The position numbers and the translations under genes were made by a program. From Octopus vulgaris (Eukaryota), in contig OX597827.1 of NCBI GenBank assembly GCA_951406725.2, positions 22,258,001 through 22,322,000 of the forward strand: DNA of 64,000 nt. The letters run 5' to 3'. Under the pieces are notes generated by a model. The model searched no databases. It was not told the origin of the DNA and saw nothing but the letters and a program-made list of their open reading frames with translations. Below, one piece after another: positions 39,361 through 52,812 of this stretch (the first letter of the stretch is position 1; each line of letters starts with the position of its first letter).

Positions 39361-40822
39361 ATATATATATACTTCGCTTAGGCATTCGAGACCAGTAACC
39401 CAGTGTAGAATTCAATATATTTATGTTTTAGAATGATGTTTTGGCTGATTACAGAGCAGGAATAAGACCGAGAGATGACAAAGGAATAATCTATTATCTT
39501 ATGAACACATAATCTTACACTCACGATATACCGAGAATAAGCATGATATTTAATGTTGTATAGAATATGTGTGCATTTCGGCAAATTTCCGTCATTAACA
39601 CATAACTTCTATCCGAACATTATATATTGTTGCAAAAATCACCACTTCAGAGTTCAGTAATGAAAACAACAATTCGTGTTAAATATTCGCGTTACGCGAA
39701 TAAACAAGCTCGCCAGTGGCACAATGGAATAGGAGACAAAAAAAAAAATAGGATAAAAGAAAGAAAAACCGACCTCAAGTATTCGAAGTCACGTCTCCCA
39801 AATCCAAATAAGGATTACTAAAAAATGAAAAGAGTTTTGAAAATGGCGGAAACTGATTAGAAATAGCAGTTAGGTTCTGGCGGTCTGCCGTGGTTATATT
39901 TTAGGTTTTATGGAAGCAGCTAAGGGCCATCAATGCGTTAGTGTTATCGATCAGAGAAGGTACTTTTCTGGTCACAGGGTTATCTCCATTCAGGCTCAAT
40001 AATTGCTGGTTGTTCTTCGAGTCGGTTTGAGGCCGAGAATTTGGTGTGGTGCTGTCCCAGTCACCACTGTTGCTAAGGTTAGTCATGGGAATGAGGTGGA
40101 AGGTAAAAAGCAAGAGGTAGAAGAAAAAGTCTGTATTCCAAGACAGGAACAAACCAATAAAACCAATAATAATAATGGTGAGATGTGTTTTTATACATTT
40201 CTTATTTCAAACACTCATATTTTACATATGTATTAGTGAATAAATTTTATTCGTTCCAAATTTGCTCAACTGGTACTTATTTTAACGATCTCGAAGGGAT
40301 GAACTGTAAAGTCGACCACCACAGAATTTGAACTCAGAACGTATCTTTTATTTGTTTTAGTCATTGGACTGCGGTCACGCTGGAGCACCGCATCAAAGGG
40401 TTTAGTTGACCAAATTGACATCGGGACTTATTTTTTGAAGTCTGGTATTTATGTTATTGCTCAATCTTGTCGAACCACAACGTAATGGGAACGTAAACAA
40501 ACCAATATCGATTGTGATTCTGTAGGGAGAGGAAACACGACACACTACACTCACACACATGTACACGTACATACACACACACACACACACACACACAGTT
40601 TGATAGACGTACACACGACGGGTTTCTTCGCAGTGAGACTGAACCCCGGAACTAGGTGGTTGCCAAATGAGTTTCTTAACTACACGGTCGTGTCTGCGCT
40701 TGTGTATGTGCATGTGTGTGTGTGTGTAGACATTCGCTATATAATGTATACATTGTGCATATATATATATATATATATACAGTCTATGTTACATATGCAT
40801 GTCATGTCTATACATACGTGTA

Positions 40823-42090
40823 TTAGGTTGTTCCGAAAATAATGACTGATTTCAGAAACTAATTTATTCTGGAAAAATTAACAATAGAAATGTTTTGATT
40901 AGTCAAAGTATGAGCCGTGAACATCTATGCATCTCTGCTATTGATCAACGAGATTATTTATGCTTCGTTGATAATAATTTACTGGCTTTAGAGCTAAGAA
41001 ATCTTTGAAAACTGATTCCACCTCTGGTTTGGACCTGAAAGTTTTATCACTTAAAAAGCGTGTTTAAATGCTTCAAAAAATGGTAGTGAAAGATCAGGAG
41101 AATATGGAGGATGTGGTAAAGTCTCGTATCCCAAGTCTGTGAGTTTCTGCAGCGTTATTCTTGCAACATGTGGTTTTGCATTATCGTGGAGCAGAATTGG
41201 GCCATGCTGGTTCACCAATGCAGGTCTCATTTTTTGCAAGTGAGCATGCATTTCAGCGAGTTGATTGCAGTAAACCTCTGCGGTAATGCTCTGATTGGCT
41301 TCCAGAAAGCTGTAATGGACAACACCAATTGCAGACCACCAGACACTCACCATAATTTTTGCTGATGCAACTTTGACTTTGGGAAATGTTTGGGGGACTC
41401 TTCACGATCAAGCCATTGATCTGATCGTTTACGGTTATCATAAAAGATCCACTTTTCGTCACAAGTGACTATTTGGTCAAGAAAAGGATCATTGATATTT
41501 CGAAGAAAGAGCATCGAGCACACTCCAAAACGCCGAACTTTTTGATTTTCATTGAGCTCATGTGGTATCCATTCATCGAGGGTTTTCACCTTACCAATCC
41601 TCTGCAGATTGCGCGAGACCGATGCAATACCAACACAAAGCGCCTGAGACATTTCTCTGACACTTTGACATGGGTTTTGTTCAACAATAGCTTTCAACTG
41701 TTCATTGTCAAGATTGTATGACCGTCATCTACCTTCTTCATCTTCAAGGCTCTCATCACCACTACGGAATTTTTGAAACCGCCTTCGTACTGTGCGATCA
41801 CTTGTGGACCCCTCTCCCCATGTTCTGCTAATATTGGCAGTAGTTTGGGAGGCATTGTGCCCCCCTTGAACTCATGCAAGAACAGTAAGCGAAGGTCTTT
41901 TTTGTCATGTTCATAATTAAGGGCGCCGATGCTTCAAGAATGTTTTCTGAAATAAGTAAAAATTTATTAAAGAGCATACATCAATTATTAAGTATGTCAA
42001 AATTCACCAAAAATATAATTAAAATCCTTCGATAAAATTGCGTTTCAAAACACAACACTTAGAGCGGCCGTTATTTTCGGAACAACTAAA
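40823..42090 (-). mobile_element. Near full-length mariner (DD34D) with frameshifted transposase
   Basis: TIRs TTAG(G)TTGTTCCGAAAATAA; WIPHEL, IVTCDEKWIFYDN, LLHDNAKPH, HPPYSPDLS; about 1.27 kb. Confidence 0.92.
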
Positions 42091-42099
42091 AGAATATGT

Positions 42100-42420
42100 G
42101 TCGGGCTTACAATCATGAGGTGGTGAGTTCGATTCCCGGACCGGGTTGTATGTTGTGTTCTTGAGCAAGACACTTTATTTCACGTTGTTCCAGTTCACTC
42201 AGCTGTAGAAATGAGTTTCGACGTCACCGGTGCCAAGCTGTATCGGCCCCTTTGCCTTTCCCTTGGATAACATCGGTTCCGTGGAGAGGAGAGGCTGGTA
42301 TGCATGGGCGACTGCTGGTCTTCCATAAACAACCTTGCCTGGACTTGTGCCTCGGAGGGTAACTTTCTAGGTGCAATCCCATGGTCATTCATCACCAAAG
42401 AGGGTCTTTACCCTCTTTAT
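42100..42420 (+). mobile_element. SINE family C copy
   Basis: GAGTTCGATTCCCGG B box plus CTTGAGCAAGACACTTTATTTCAC body. Confidence 0.75.
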
Positions 42421-42490
42421 ATCATTTGTATCGCCACACACACGCACACATATATATATATATATGTGCAATATGTATATTTCATATACG

Positions 42491-42557
<67 letters not shown>

Positions 42558-42875
42558 CACTGTCCTGTTTTTGTTACCAACTTTGACCCTCCGTCAATCC
42601 CAAATTGTATTTTGCTTTGCAGGAGCAACTATTTTGTCGAAGGCGCATCTTGTCACAATTGCTCGAAATGCGGAGCAGATAAAACAGCCGACAACTGATG
42701 AAGGGTCGTTCTTTATGTTACTTGTCCTATTTTTCATTTGTTTCTTTCGTTGTTCGCAGAAAAGTTCGTATTCCATGCTTTCGTATTTCGTAATTCATGT
42801 TGTTTACCTTTTATGATGTCCTGTGCCCATATATGCATACGTATATACATGTATATGTAAGTATGTACATATGTG

Positions 42876-42934
<59 letters not shown>

Positions 42935-43629
42935 ACTTGTTTTATTTATATTTCCTGAGCGCCATACTAATACAATTGTTCGTTTGTTTTCCACCTGCCT
43001 TCGTCTTTTGTTTATTTTCATAAAGCTTCCCGTTATATATATATATACATACATACATATATTATCTATATTATTATATATACATACATATAAATTAGTG
43101 TTAGGTATGCTCCTAGTAGTACGGCGATGAAGCACGTTCACAGCCTATGGCCGAGAACAATAAAGTTTCCCGTGTATTCCATTTTTCGTTTCTATCATTT
43201 GTTTCATATATATATATATACATACATGGCAAAGGAAAGATGGAAAGACGGAAGATACGAGTAAGCTACAAGGTGTAAGCAATCCGCTTTAATACATACA
43301 CAATGACGCTGGGACCTTTGAAGCTTATAGGATACTTTAAGGGTTCAACCAAAGCCTGAAATGACGGTTTCTGTTGGGCGGAGTAAAACTCACGTGTCGG
43401 TCAGTAAGCTTTCACCGGAGTATATTGGTCAAGCGACAACTAGCCATCAATCCTTTTGCCAACAAACTCTCCTAGATTTACCATTCTTAACAACAGAGAC
43501 CCTCGTTATTTCCTTCGCATTCTGTATTTCATTCTTCCTGATAAACTCTAACCTAAACCAACAGCACGAAGATGTAGGGAACAATCGCTGGAGTTGAAAT
43601 AAAAGCAGAATTCCTCGAAATCACATATT

Positions 43630-43865
43630 GCCTATTTCTTTACTACCCACAAGGGGCTAAACACAGAGGGGACAAACAAGGACAGACAGACGGATTAAGT
43701 CGATTACATTGACCCCAGTGCGTAACTGGTACTTTATTTATCGACCCTGAAAGGATGAAAGGCAAAGTCGACCTCGGCGGAATTTGAACTCAGAACGTAA
43801 TGGCAGACGAAATACGGCTACACATTTCGCCCGGCGTGCTAACGTTTCTGCCAGTTCGCCGCCTT
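43630..43865 (-). mobile_element. SINE family A copy
   Basis: Full-length reverse copy; further copies at about 23875-24036, 37040-37197, 54488-54695, 58050-58262 and 61919-62129. Confidence 0.85.
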
Positions 43866-44319
43866 CAAATCACATTTTACCGCCTTCAAAAAAATAAGGT
43901 ATTAAATAGCGTAGTTCTGGAAATGCAAATAAATAGGATGGTCATGGTTGGAATGTTTTTGATGATTGGCCTTTTCCTCTATTTGATCTTGTCTAAACAA
44001 CAAGCTAAAAAGGTCAGTCTCTGGTTTTAAAGGTGGAAGATGACCAAAGAACCTTACAAGAGGAGCATTGAGCATCGATGTATATCGGAAGAGATTTTTA
44101 TACATCTGAACCGTTTCAATAGGTTTCCATAAACTAGCGAGTTGCCCCGTTGTTGGGTGTCTCGGGTTAGGGTTATTTTAAGGAATTGTCCTCCATCGAC
44201 GACTGAGCTTCGCTGTCAACTGATCGGCCTCACTGATTACACAGTTGTATCGAGAACTTTCTACAGAGGTCTCTGCTCGATAGATTTATTCTGATAGTAT
44301 TATCACTGTATTATTATTA

Positions 44320-44537
44320 GCAGCAGCAGTAGTAGTAGTAGCAGCAGCAGTGAAGTTCTGCACAGTGAAATTGTTGACAATGAGTATCAACAACAGCTAC
44401 TACTACTACTACTACCACTACAACTACCACAACAACAACTACTACTACTACTACCACCACTACTACTACCACCACCACCACCACTACTACTACTACTACA
44501 ACTACCACCACCACCACCACTACTACTACTACTACCA
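44320..44537. repeat. (TAC/CAC/AAC)n trinucleotide array
   Basis: Direct inspection. Confidence 0.95.
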
Positions 44538-45001
44538 TTGTTTGATTAGATTTGACCGGAGGCTAATGAAAAAAACCCCAATCGAGCTGTATCTCCCGTA
44601 TCTCTTCTTAACAGACTTCTTTCACAATCACATTTGTTGTTCAATCCAGTTCATCTCAGATCAAAACCCTTTCCAACCGTGAGCATCACGTTCCCCCCCC
44701 CCCAGATACAATCTAACTGGAAGCTCTTACTATGCAATGTGTTTTATTTTAAAACGATGAAATGTCATTGAGGAAAATTTGGCTGCTATTTCTAACAGGT
44801 TACACAGAAGCTTCCTCGTTAGGTCAACAGATCCTAACTGTGAAAAGTGAGGACCGCAATATCACTATTATAATTATAATTTCACTAATTACTTTAAGAA
44901 TACTATAACAACTCCATAATTCTACTGGTAACTCTAGAACTATTCTGTCACACCAATTCTTGAACTCTTCTGTAATTATTCTGTTCTAACTTCTTCATTC
45001 T

Positions 45002-45140
45002 TCAGTTCTATACATAGGAATGAGAACCCAGGTTCGAAATTTCCCCAAGACACCTGATGAAGGCTGGAGAGTACATCAGCCGAAACCTTGTGTTAACAAC
45101 AAACAAGTTGAGGACAAATATCCATCAAATGTAAATAATG
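45002..45140 (+). mobile_element. TSD-flanked hammerhead element (same family as 52228-52654)
   Basis: 11-bp TSD TTCTTCATTCT; GACAC-CTGATGA-A-GGCTG(GAGAGTACAT)CAGCC-GAAA-CC-TT-GTGTT; ends GTAAATAATG. Confidence 0.8.
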
Positions 45141-45289
45141 TTCTTCATTCTAGATCTATTATAGAAATTCTGTAACCATTCTCTCAGGGCATTGCTACTC
45201 AACTGTAGTCCATGTGGCCCTTAGGGGTCAACATAAGATTTTTTGGTGCTACTATAGTATATCTACCATCCATTTTCTTCTATAATATA

Positions 45290-45855
45290 TCTATAAATTT
45301 TCGGAAAAACTTCCGCCCGTCCCTCACCATTTTCTCCCAAATTTGTTTATTAAAAAATTTTTTTTGGCTTAAAGTCCCCGTTTTCGGATACAGTGGTTCC
45401 GGAAAATCGCCAAAAATCGGCATTGTGAAAATCCCACCTTTCCCCACCAACTTCTTCAATTTTGACTTTTTTCCGCAACACTAACCCTATCCGTAAGTAC
45501 AGAAATGTTTTGAAAATTTTTGTCCGAACCCTGATGTCCGTATTTATCCGCATATTTAGAAAAGAAAAAAATTCTTAAAAATAAATTTTACAAAGATTTT
45601 TGGAAATTATTTTCAGAATCATAATCTCCGTATTTTTCCGCATATTTTGAGAAAAAAAAAATTCTGAAAAAAGCTTAAAATGAAGAGAATGGGGTGAGGG
45701 TGTGAATTTAGAAATGTCGATTTTTTATGCAGATTCGTATTCCCCGTAGCCGAAAAGGGGTGGGGTTGTGTCGAAAAAAAAGTTTTAAAAAGGGATGGGG
45801 TTTTTTTGGCGGGGGGGGGGGTGTTCAAGTCTTGCCAAATTTTCTACATATAGTC
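45290..45855. mobile_element. Diverged fold-back element
   Basis: About 45350-45480 is an imperfect reverse complement of about 45660-45790; central direct repeat TCCGTATTT(A/T)TCCGCATATTT. Confidence 0.65.
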
Positions 45856-46224
45856 TGATATCTATCAACTGTTGGTAGCATGAAATATGTTAAAAATCAT
45901 TAAACATTTATTCTACAAAAAGAAAGCGGCATAATAAACAGTTTGTAGTTTAACATGAAAAATCATTAATTCCTTATTATATAAAATTTCAAAAAATCAT
46001 CAAATATCGATTTTAACGTTTGTAAACTGATCTGATGTCATTAAAAAATAAAAGCAATGAACAAGTCATGGTTTTTCCTGAGCATTTTCTACCTGCTCAA
46101 TAAGATTGTGCTCTCCTGAAAAGGACACCGCTTCATCTTCACCTGAGATTATTTTGTAAAAGTCCCTGGCACGAGCATGGTGCTGGTGGGAATAACTAAA
46201 TGGGCTGGAATTACGTGCTGAAGG

Positions 46225-46595
46225 CCGTAAGTGGGTTGTTTGGTAGGGTACATTGTCGTAGGATCGCGGTTTCGATTCCGAGACCGGGCGTCGTGAGTGT
46301 TTATTGAGCGAAAACACCTAAAAGCTCCACAAGGCTCCGACAGGGGATGGTGGTGATCCCTGCTGTACTCTTTCACCACAACTTTCTCTCACTCTTACTT
46401 CATGTTTCTGTTGTACCTGTATTTCAAAGGGCCGGCCTTGTCACTCTCAGTGTCACGCTGAATATCCCCGAGAGCTATGTTAAGGGTACACGTGTCTGTG
46501 GAGTGCTCAGCCACTTACACGTTAATTTCACGAGCAGGCTGTTCCATTGATTCGGATCAACCGGAACCCTCGTCGTCGTAACCGATGGAGTGCTT
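46225..46595 (+). mobile_element. SINE family C copy
   Basis: GGTTTCGATTCC head; 3' part shared with 63180-63350. Confidence 0.75.
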
Positions 46596-46915
46596 CCATC
46601 CATCCACATTGTCATTTACGGTAGGTCGTAAATAGCAAGGTAGATATCGTACCTGTGTAGCATCGATTTCGTTGTCGAGATTTATCTGCAACAAATCGGT
46701 TAGACTTTTGCAATCCACAAAATACTTTAACGGTTTAAAACATTTTTTTACTCAATTACAAAAATATAAAAGGGTTTTTCAAACATCGAATGGTTATGAG
46801 GGTCCACCGACTTCAAGAAGGATCGAAAGGATCCAGAGGCAAAAAAGGACCCAGAGGCAAATACGTTACTATTAGGTTCTAATTACCATTTATCCATATT
46901 ATAACGACTTTGTTA

Positions 46916-46955
<40 letters not shown>

Positions 46956-48161
46956 GCTTTCTCTCCATCCCCCCTCTCTCCCCCTCTCTCTCTCCCCTCT
47001 CTCTCTGTACACACAGACTCCCACATAATAGACACTCGTGTCGAGTTCGACCTTTGAGCGTCCAGTTGATCAAACAACAGGACGACCCACTTATTGAATT
47101 AGCATACGAAGTCGCTGAGTATTCCATAGACAAATGTACCCTTAACGCAATTCTCAAGAAGAATCAGCTTGACCCTTGAATTACAGGTACTGTACTTTCA
47201 GAGGGTTTCACACAGTTTTCATCTCCTCCAATTTATTCACGAGGCTATGATAAAGGCACATGCCATACAAAGGGATTGAACCCGAGATTGCGTGGTAGCT
47301 AAGTCCTATACTATACAGTACGCCGCATGAGGTTATATTTCATTATAAACCTGGTGATCATTGAGTCCAACCGTTTCACAGTCGACAGATTGTGTACTTC
47401 TGGCAGCACTGTGCCATGGCGAAAGTCACCGTGCATGACCAAAGACGCCGTATTCGGCATTGCAATAATTGTATACTTCTGTCTTTTTCACATAAAAGTT
47501 AAATGACACGATCCGTCGACAGGATTCGAACACTTGTCTCTCTGCTTTACTTTATCCACCCGACAAAAACGTAAAAATTACGTTCTTTTATTCTTTTGAT
47601 TTTAATCATCTGACTGCAGCCATGCTGGAGCATTCTATTCCAGCGTCTGTTAGCCGATCATAATTGGCTAAAAGCTAATCGTATTTCATCTGTTACGTAT
47701 TTTATTGTTCTCTATTTATCGAATTGCTAGGTTACCTTTTTAACACAATGCGATGCAATACGACGAGCAATTTCACACGGCTTATACACACAAGCACTTC
47801 CAAGTGTGTTTCTGCGACTGGCGGACATATGCAGAGGGTTGCCGTTTATCTTTGCATTGATAAAATGAAGACTAACGCTAGGCAGCAATAAGACCAAAAC
47901 CAGAACTACGTGGTGCCGAAGTGGGTAATCTTTCATTACTGTCAAATCATCATTTCAAGAAGACAATTTTCGGTTTCCATTAAAAAGATTTGGGGAAAAG
48001 ATCGGCTGCTTCAGCTTCGTGGGACATATTTGAATACTTTTAATTGATATACAGTTTCAATATTGTTATTTATTTTTATAGAGCCTTATATTTAGTGGTG
48101 TGTATGTGTGTGTGTGTGTGTATATATATACATACATACATACATACATATATATACATAC

Positions 48162-48218
<57 letters not shown>

Positions 48219-49614
48219 TATATCGGTGTATGTGTAAATGTTTGTGTATATATGCATGTATATATGTATATATGTGTGTATGTATGTTTGTATGTATGTA
48301 ATGTATGCGTGTATGTAATGTATGTATATACGTATGTATATAATGTATGTAATATATGCATGTAATGTATGCATGTAATGTATGTATGCATGTATTGCCG
48401 CATGAAGGAATGTCGTCGGTCGTTCTGCGAGAAATAGCAGCCAATCTCCTTCATATTACATACTATCTTTAAAAAAACTGGAAGGACATTGGACAATGCA
48501 ACTATCCGAGATAGATTTTTGTCCCAAATAAAACCAACAGATTGATGAGAAGTTCGCCAGCCACGCCGTTGTCCGTGCGTCTGTTAGACCAGGTCTGACC
48601 TTGGGCTAAATCAAAATAACATGAAGAATTGCAACAACAACAACGACAACAACATCAAAATATTTGGAAAGAAATGAATGAATAAAAGAATGAAAGACAA
48701 AGAACTCTTCAAAATGGCGTGTATTTATCGTAGAAGGAAGAAAGAAATACGAAGGTGGATTGTCACGTGATAAAATAATTTTTTGTCCATCACTTCACAT
48801 GCTTTTGTCGATCTTGCTGCTTCGCATTCCGATAGTTATTTCTGTGTAACTGCTTATATTTATGTATATATGCCCGTGTCTTTATATATATATTTAAGTA
48901 TTTATATATATGTATATGTACACACACACATGAATACATATATATATATATATTCATATATATTCATATTCACACACGCACACACACACACTCGTGTGTG
49001 TGCATGTATGTGTGTGCGCGTGTGCATGTATGTGTGCATGTGCTGCATCCAGTCTCTATTTTCTCGATACGAATATAGACAGAATAAATTAAATTCATTT
49101 GATTTATCACTCAAAACTTAGTCAAAGCCATGTTGTCTTCCCCTCAACTCAATGACCTCGTCCGCTTCAAATATTGTCTCTCGCAATAAAACACATAACC
49201 CAATGGTTCGCATTTTCTTCACATCTTCATCTTCTTCCTTCTCTCTTCAAGTTTACCAAGAACCCAAGACAGACGTTGATGAGAGGGGGCATGTCATTGA
49301 CAAACAGATTAATTTTATTAATATATATATATACAAACACACACACATGTATATTTATATACATATGTGTGTGTATTCTTGTAATTGTTTTTTTGTTGTG
49401 CTTGCCTTTATTTATTCATTTATTGTTTCGAGTTGTTTTGCACAGATTTTAGAAAGGATTTTCTCTTGGGTCTTTAATTTTTTTTTTCTTAAACTGATAC
49501 TCTTATTTGAATAGAATCATGATGTACATGTGCAACGAATCCATCTGTGTGTGTATACATACATGTAGATATAAATATATAAACATATACATATATATAC
49601 AAAAGTATGAGTGT

Positions 49615-49676
<62 letters not shown>

Positions 49677-49825
49677 CTCAAGGTTGGTGTTTACAAACTA
49701 GCTAAAAAGTACTCAATATGTGAAGTAGAGTTCATAGTTTTGATTTCGGAACTGCAACTTCATGAGTCACAACTCTTAGTTTCACGTTCCCGATAGTCAG
49801 GCGTGTATGTATGTATGCATGTAAC

Positions 49826-49874
<49 letters not shown>

Positions 49875-50075
49875 TAAGTGTATATGTGTGTGGTGGTGTG
49901 TTTCTTTTTCAAATTGATGGTTGTCTCTGTTGTATTATCATTGTTATTTCATTATGATAAATTTTGATAATTATTTAATTAATTAGCCAAACATCTTTTA
50001 CAGTTTTAAACCCTCTCCAAAGAGTCATTTGTCTTCGTGCCGCTGCCGCTGCCGCTGCGTTTTCCTGTCCTTCTT

Positions 50076-51285
50076 TTACGTGGCGTTGGCGTGAACGCGC
50101 ATGTGTCGATTGAGGTTGCCGGATTGAGAGAAGCGGAGCAAGCAGAGCTTACACTGGTAAGGTTTCTCTCCGCTGTGGATCCTCACATGTTTGGTCAACG
50201 TGGAACTGTCTGAAAAGGCCTTCTTGCACATCCTACAACGATAAGGACGCTCTCCGGAGTGAGTGCGCATGTGCGTCGTTACCGAAGAACTCTGAGAGAA
50301 ACGGCGATCGCAGATGGGACAGCGGAACGGTTTTTCCCCCGAGTGGGTCCGTATATGTGCCGTGAGGTTAGCTGCTTGTGAAAACGATTTACTGCATGTG
50401 CTGCAACGATACGGTTTCTCACCACTATGCGTTCGCATATGTGTTTTCAGCGTAGAGGGCCGTGCGTAAGTCTTTCCACAGATCCGGCAGAGATTAACAC
50501 GTGCCGTATCCGAACCCACGGCACCGTTTGGATTGCTTACACCGATGTTACCAACAACACTAACACCCCCACCGATGTTTGGCGAGCAAGGGGTTTGCCG
50601 CCCCCCGGACATCAGTTTAGTCCTCTTGAAGTGGTTCATGCCACAAAAACGTGACGCCTGCTTGAATGAATCCGAAGACTTGTAAATGATGTTCCTACTG
50701 TCCGCCATGGCCCTAAGATCCGTCGACAGTGAATAGGACGCCGTGTAAGGATGTGATTGTCCAGTATATGTACCATACTGGGGCTGAAGCGTAGGAGCGT
50801 GGCCGCCATACTGACCGAGTGGGTTTTGCGGTTGCCCTGTCCATTGTTGTACGGCATTGTATTGGTGATTGGGTGCCAACGTAGGGGGAACCCCCACGTT
50901 CATGCTCATTGACACGTTAACACTCATAGATGGGAACATGTTCGCTTGGGCCTGCGCCGATGTGTTCTGGTTCTGAGGTTCGGTATAAGCTGGAGCGTAC
51001 TGAGCACCTGTAGAACCCGTATATGCAACGTTGGACAAGACATGTTGGGCTTGGTGAGGGTGGTGAGGGTGGTGGTGGTGGTGGTTCACGGTGTAGTTGA
51101 TTGGTGGAGAAGTTTGTGTATGGTTCATTTGAGGTGGACCCATCGTCTGTTGGTTAATGTGTTGAATAGGTGGAGACATGGGAGCTAGCTGGCCGTTCAG
51201 TTGAGGCCGAACCACGGCGTGTTTCAGTGAGAGAAGGGCATCTGCGATGTCGTGCGAGGATTTTTCTTTGAAAACCGAGAAGTCT
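50076..51285 (-). CDS. gl: Glass-like C2H2 zinc-finger transcription factor, last coding exon (five zinc fingers)
   Basis: [29 protein letters not shown]...[21 protein letters not shown] is recognisably the Glass five-finger array; also [14 protein letters not shown] and DIADALLSL motifs; TTTCAG acceptor before 51285 (phase 2); stop TAA at 50076. Confidence 0.95.
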
Positions 51286-52227
51286 CTGAAACAAATTAAA
51301 AACTTAGAGTTAGAATTGAATATCAAAAGTAAAAAAATACTTTTGTGATAAAAATTTTTATTTAATAACTGGAAGCAAGCAAATATTACGGTAAACAATG
51401 TGTGTGTGTATTTTATTAAAATGTGAATCATTCAATGTCAATAATTTGAATACTTTATTGTAAATGATTTCCCTGTTTTCCTGAACAACTAAACTCAGAA
51501 TTAAATCTTTGGTAATTCTACAGACAGATATTTCGGACATTTTTCAGTGATTTCAGAAAAAAAAAAAAAAAAAAATTAAATTCAGTAAAAGATTTCTTTA
51601 ATTTTTCCACATCCCCAATTTTCTGTGAATTTTCTCTCACCTCTCTTCCTGAACTCGTTCGTTCATTTACTCATTCTTTTTTCTCTTTCTTTTGTTTCTT
51701 CTCTCCTTCGCTCTTCTGTTCATACGTTTCACATTCACCTCCATCGCATTCCTCTTGCCTCTCCACCGACCTCACTCATTTTCTTTCCATACAGAATAAA
51801 ATGGCGTTGCACTGGGCCTCTTGTTCTTCTCTTATAACTTTTTTTTTCACATTACAGCTTCTCGCATCCCTGTATTTCCTTCACCATCCTTCTTCAGACT
51901 CCCTCTGCTCCAATCTTTTTACTGCCACGCTTTCCTCACACTTAACACAACGCACCACACCCTAACTATAACCCATGCCGCTTTACATCCGTATTCGCAC
52001 ACCACTGCATATACACCCTCACACGCATACAAACACATGCACGCGACAACACACACAGCACTCCATCTTTATGACATATCAAAACATGGATACACCCCTA
52101 TACGTGTACACACCCGTCCTCTCTTTCCTCTCTTCTTAACTCCTTCCATACAACCACATTGTAGTTTTTTTTCTCTTATCTTAATCAATTTTCGTCTCAC
52201 ACGTACTTTAAGACTTTTTCCTTTCTA

Positions 52228-52425
52228 CAGTTCTATATTTAAGAAATGAGGAATTATGTACCTTATTTACATTATTTACATTATTTACATTTGACGGATA
52301 TTTGTCCTCATCTTGTTTGTTGTTAACACTATGTTTCGGCTGATACACCCTCCAGCCTTCATCAGGTGTCTTGGGGAAATTTCGAACCTGGGTTCTCATT
52401 CCTAAGGTATTTTTCTATGTTGTTG

Positions 52426-52491
<66 letters not shown>

Positions 52492-52654
52492 ACACTGCCT
52501 GGAATCGAACTCGGAATCTTGGGGTTAGTAGCCCGCATTCTTAGCCACCACGCCATATATCTGATGACGGTTGGAAGGTATATCAGACGAAACGTTGTGT
52601 TAACAACAAACAAGATGAATACAAATATCCGTCAAATGTAAATAAAGTAAATAA
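52228..52654 (-). mobile_element. tRNA-headed, double-hammerhead retroelement in glass intron
   Basis: 13-bp TSD TTTTTCCTTTCTA (52215-52227 and 52655-52667); minus-strand A box TGGCGTGGTGG and B box GAGTTCGATTCC; (AAT)n; hammerhead at 52325-52370(-); inverted hammerhead copy at 52561-52601(+). Confidence 0.8.
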
Positions 52655-52677
52655 TTTTTCCTTTCTATTTTAAGCAT

Positions 52678-52774
<97 letters not shown>

Positions 52775-52812
52775 GACAGAGATAGTGAGTGAGAGCGAGA
52801 CTTAATACTTAC

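Noticed and set aside
42558-42830. GACAA-CTGATGAAGGG...TTGTC hammerhead-like segment
   Set aside because: The GAAA half of the core is absent downstream of the putative stem II.
47495-47545. tRNA gene candidates (also the SINE heads and 52486-52560)
   Set aside because: Only B-box/T-arm or A+B-box remnants; no complete cloverleaf with acceptor and anticodon stems.
51286-51431. N-terminal part of the 451-aa ORF-track entry (MIHILIKY...)
   Set aside because: AT-rich intron read-through; the real exon begins at the acceptor before 51285.
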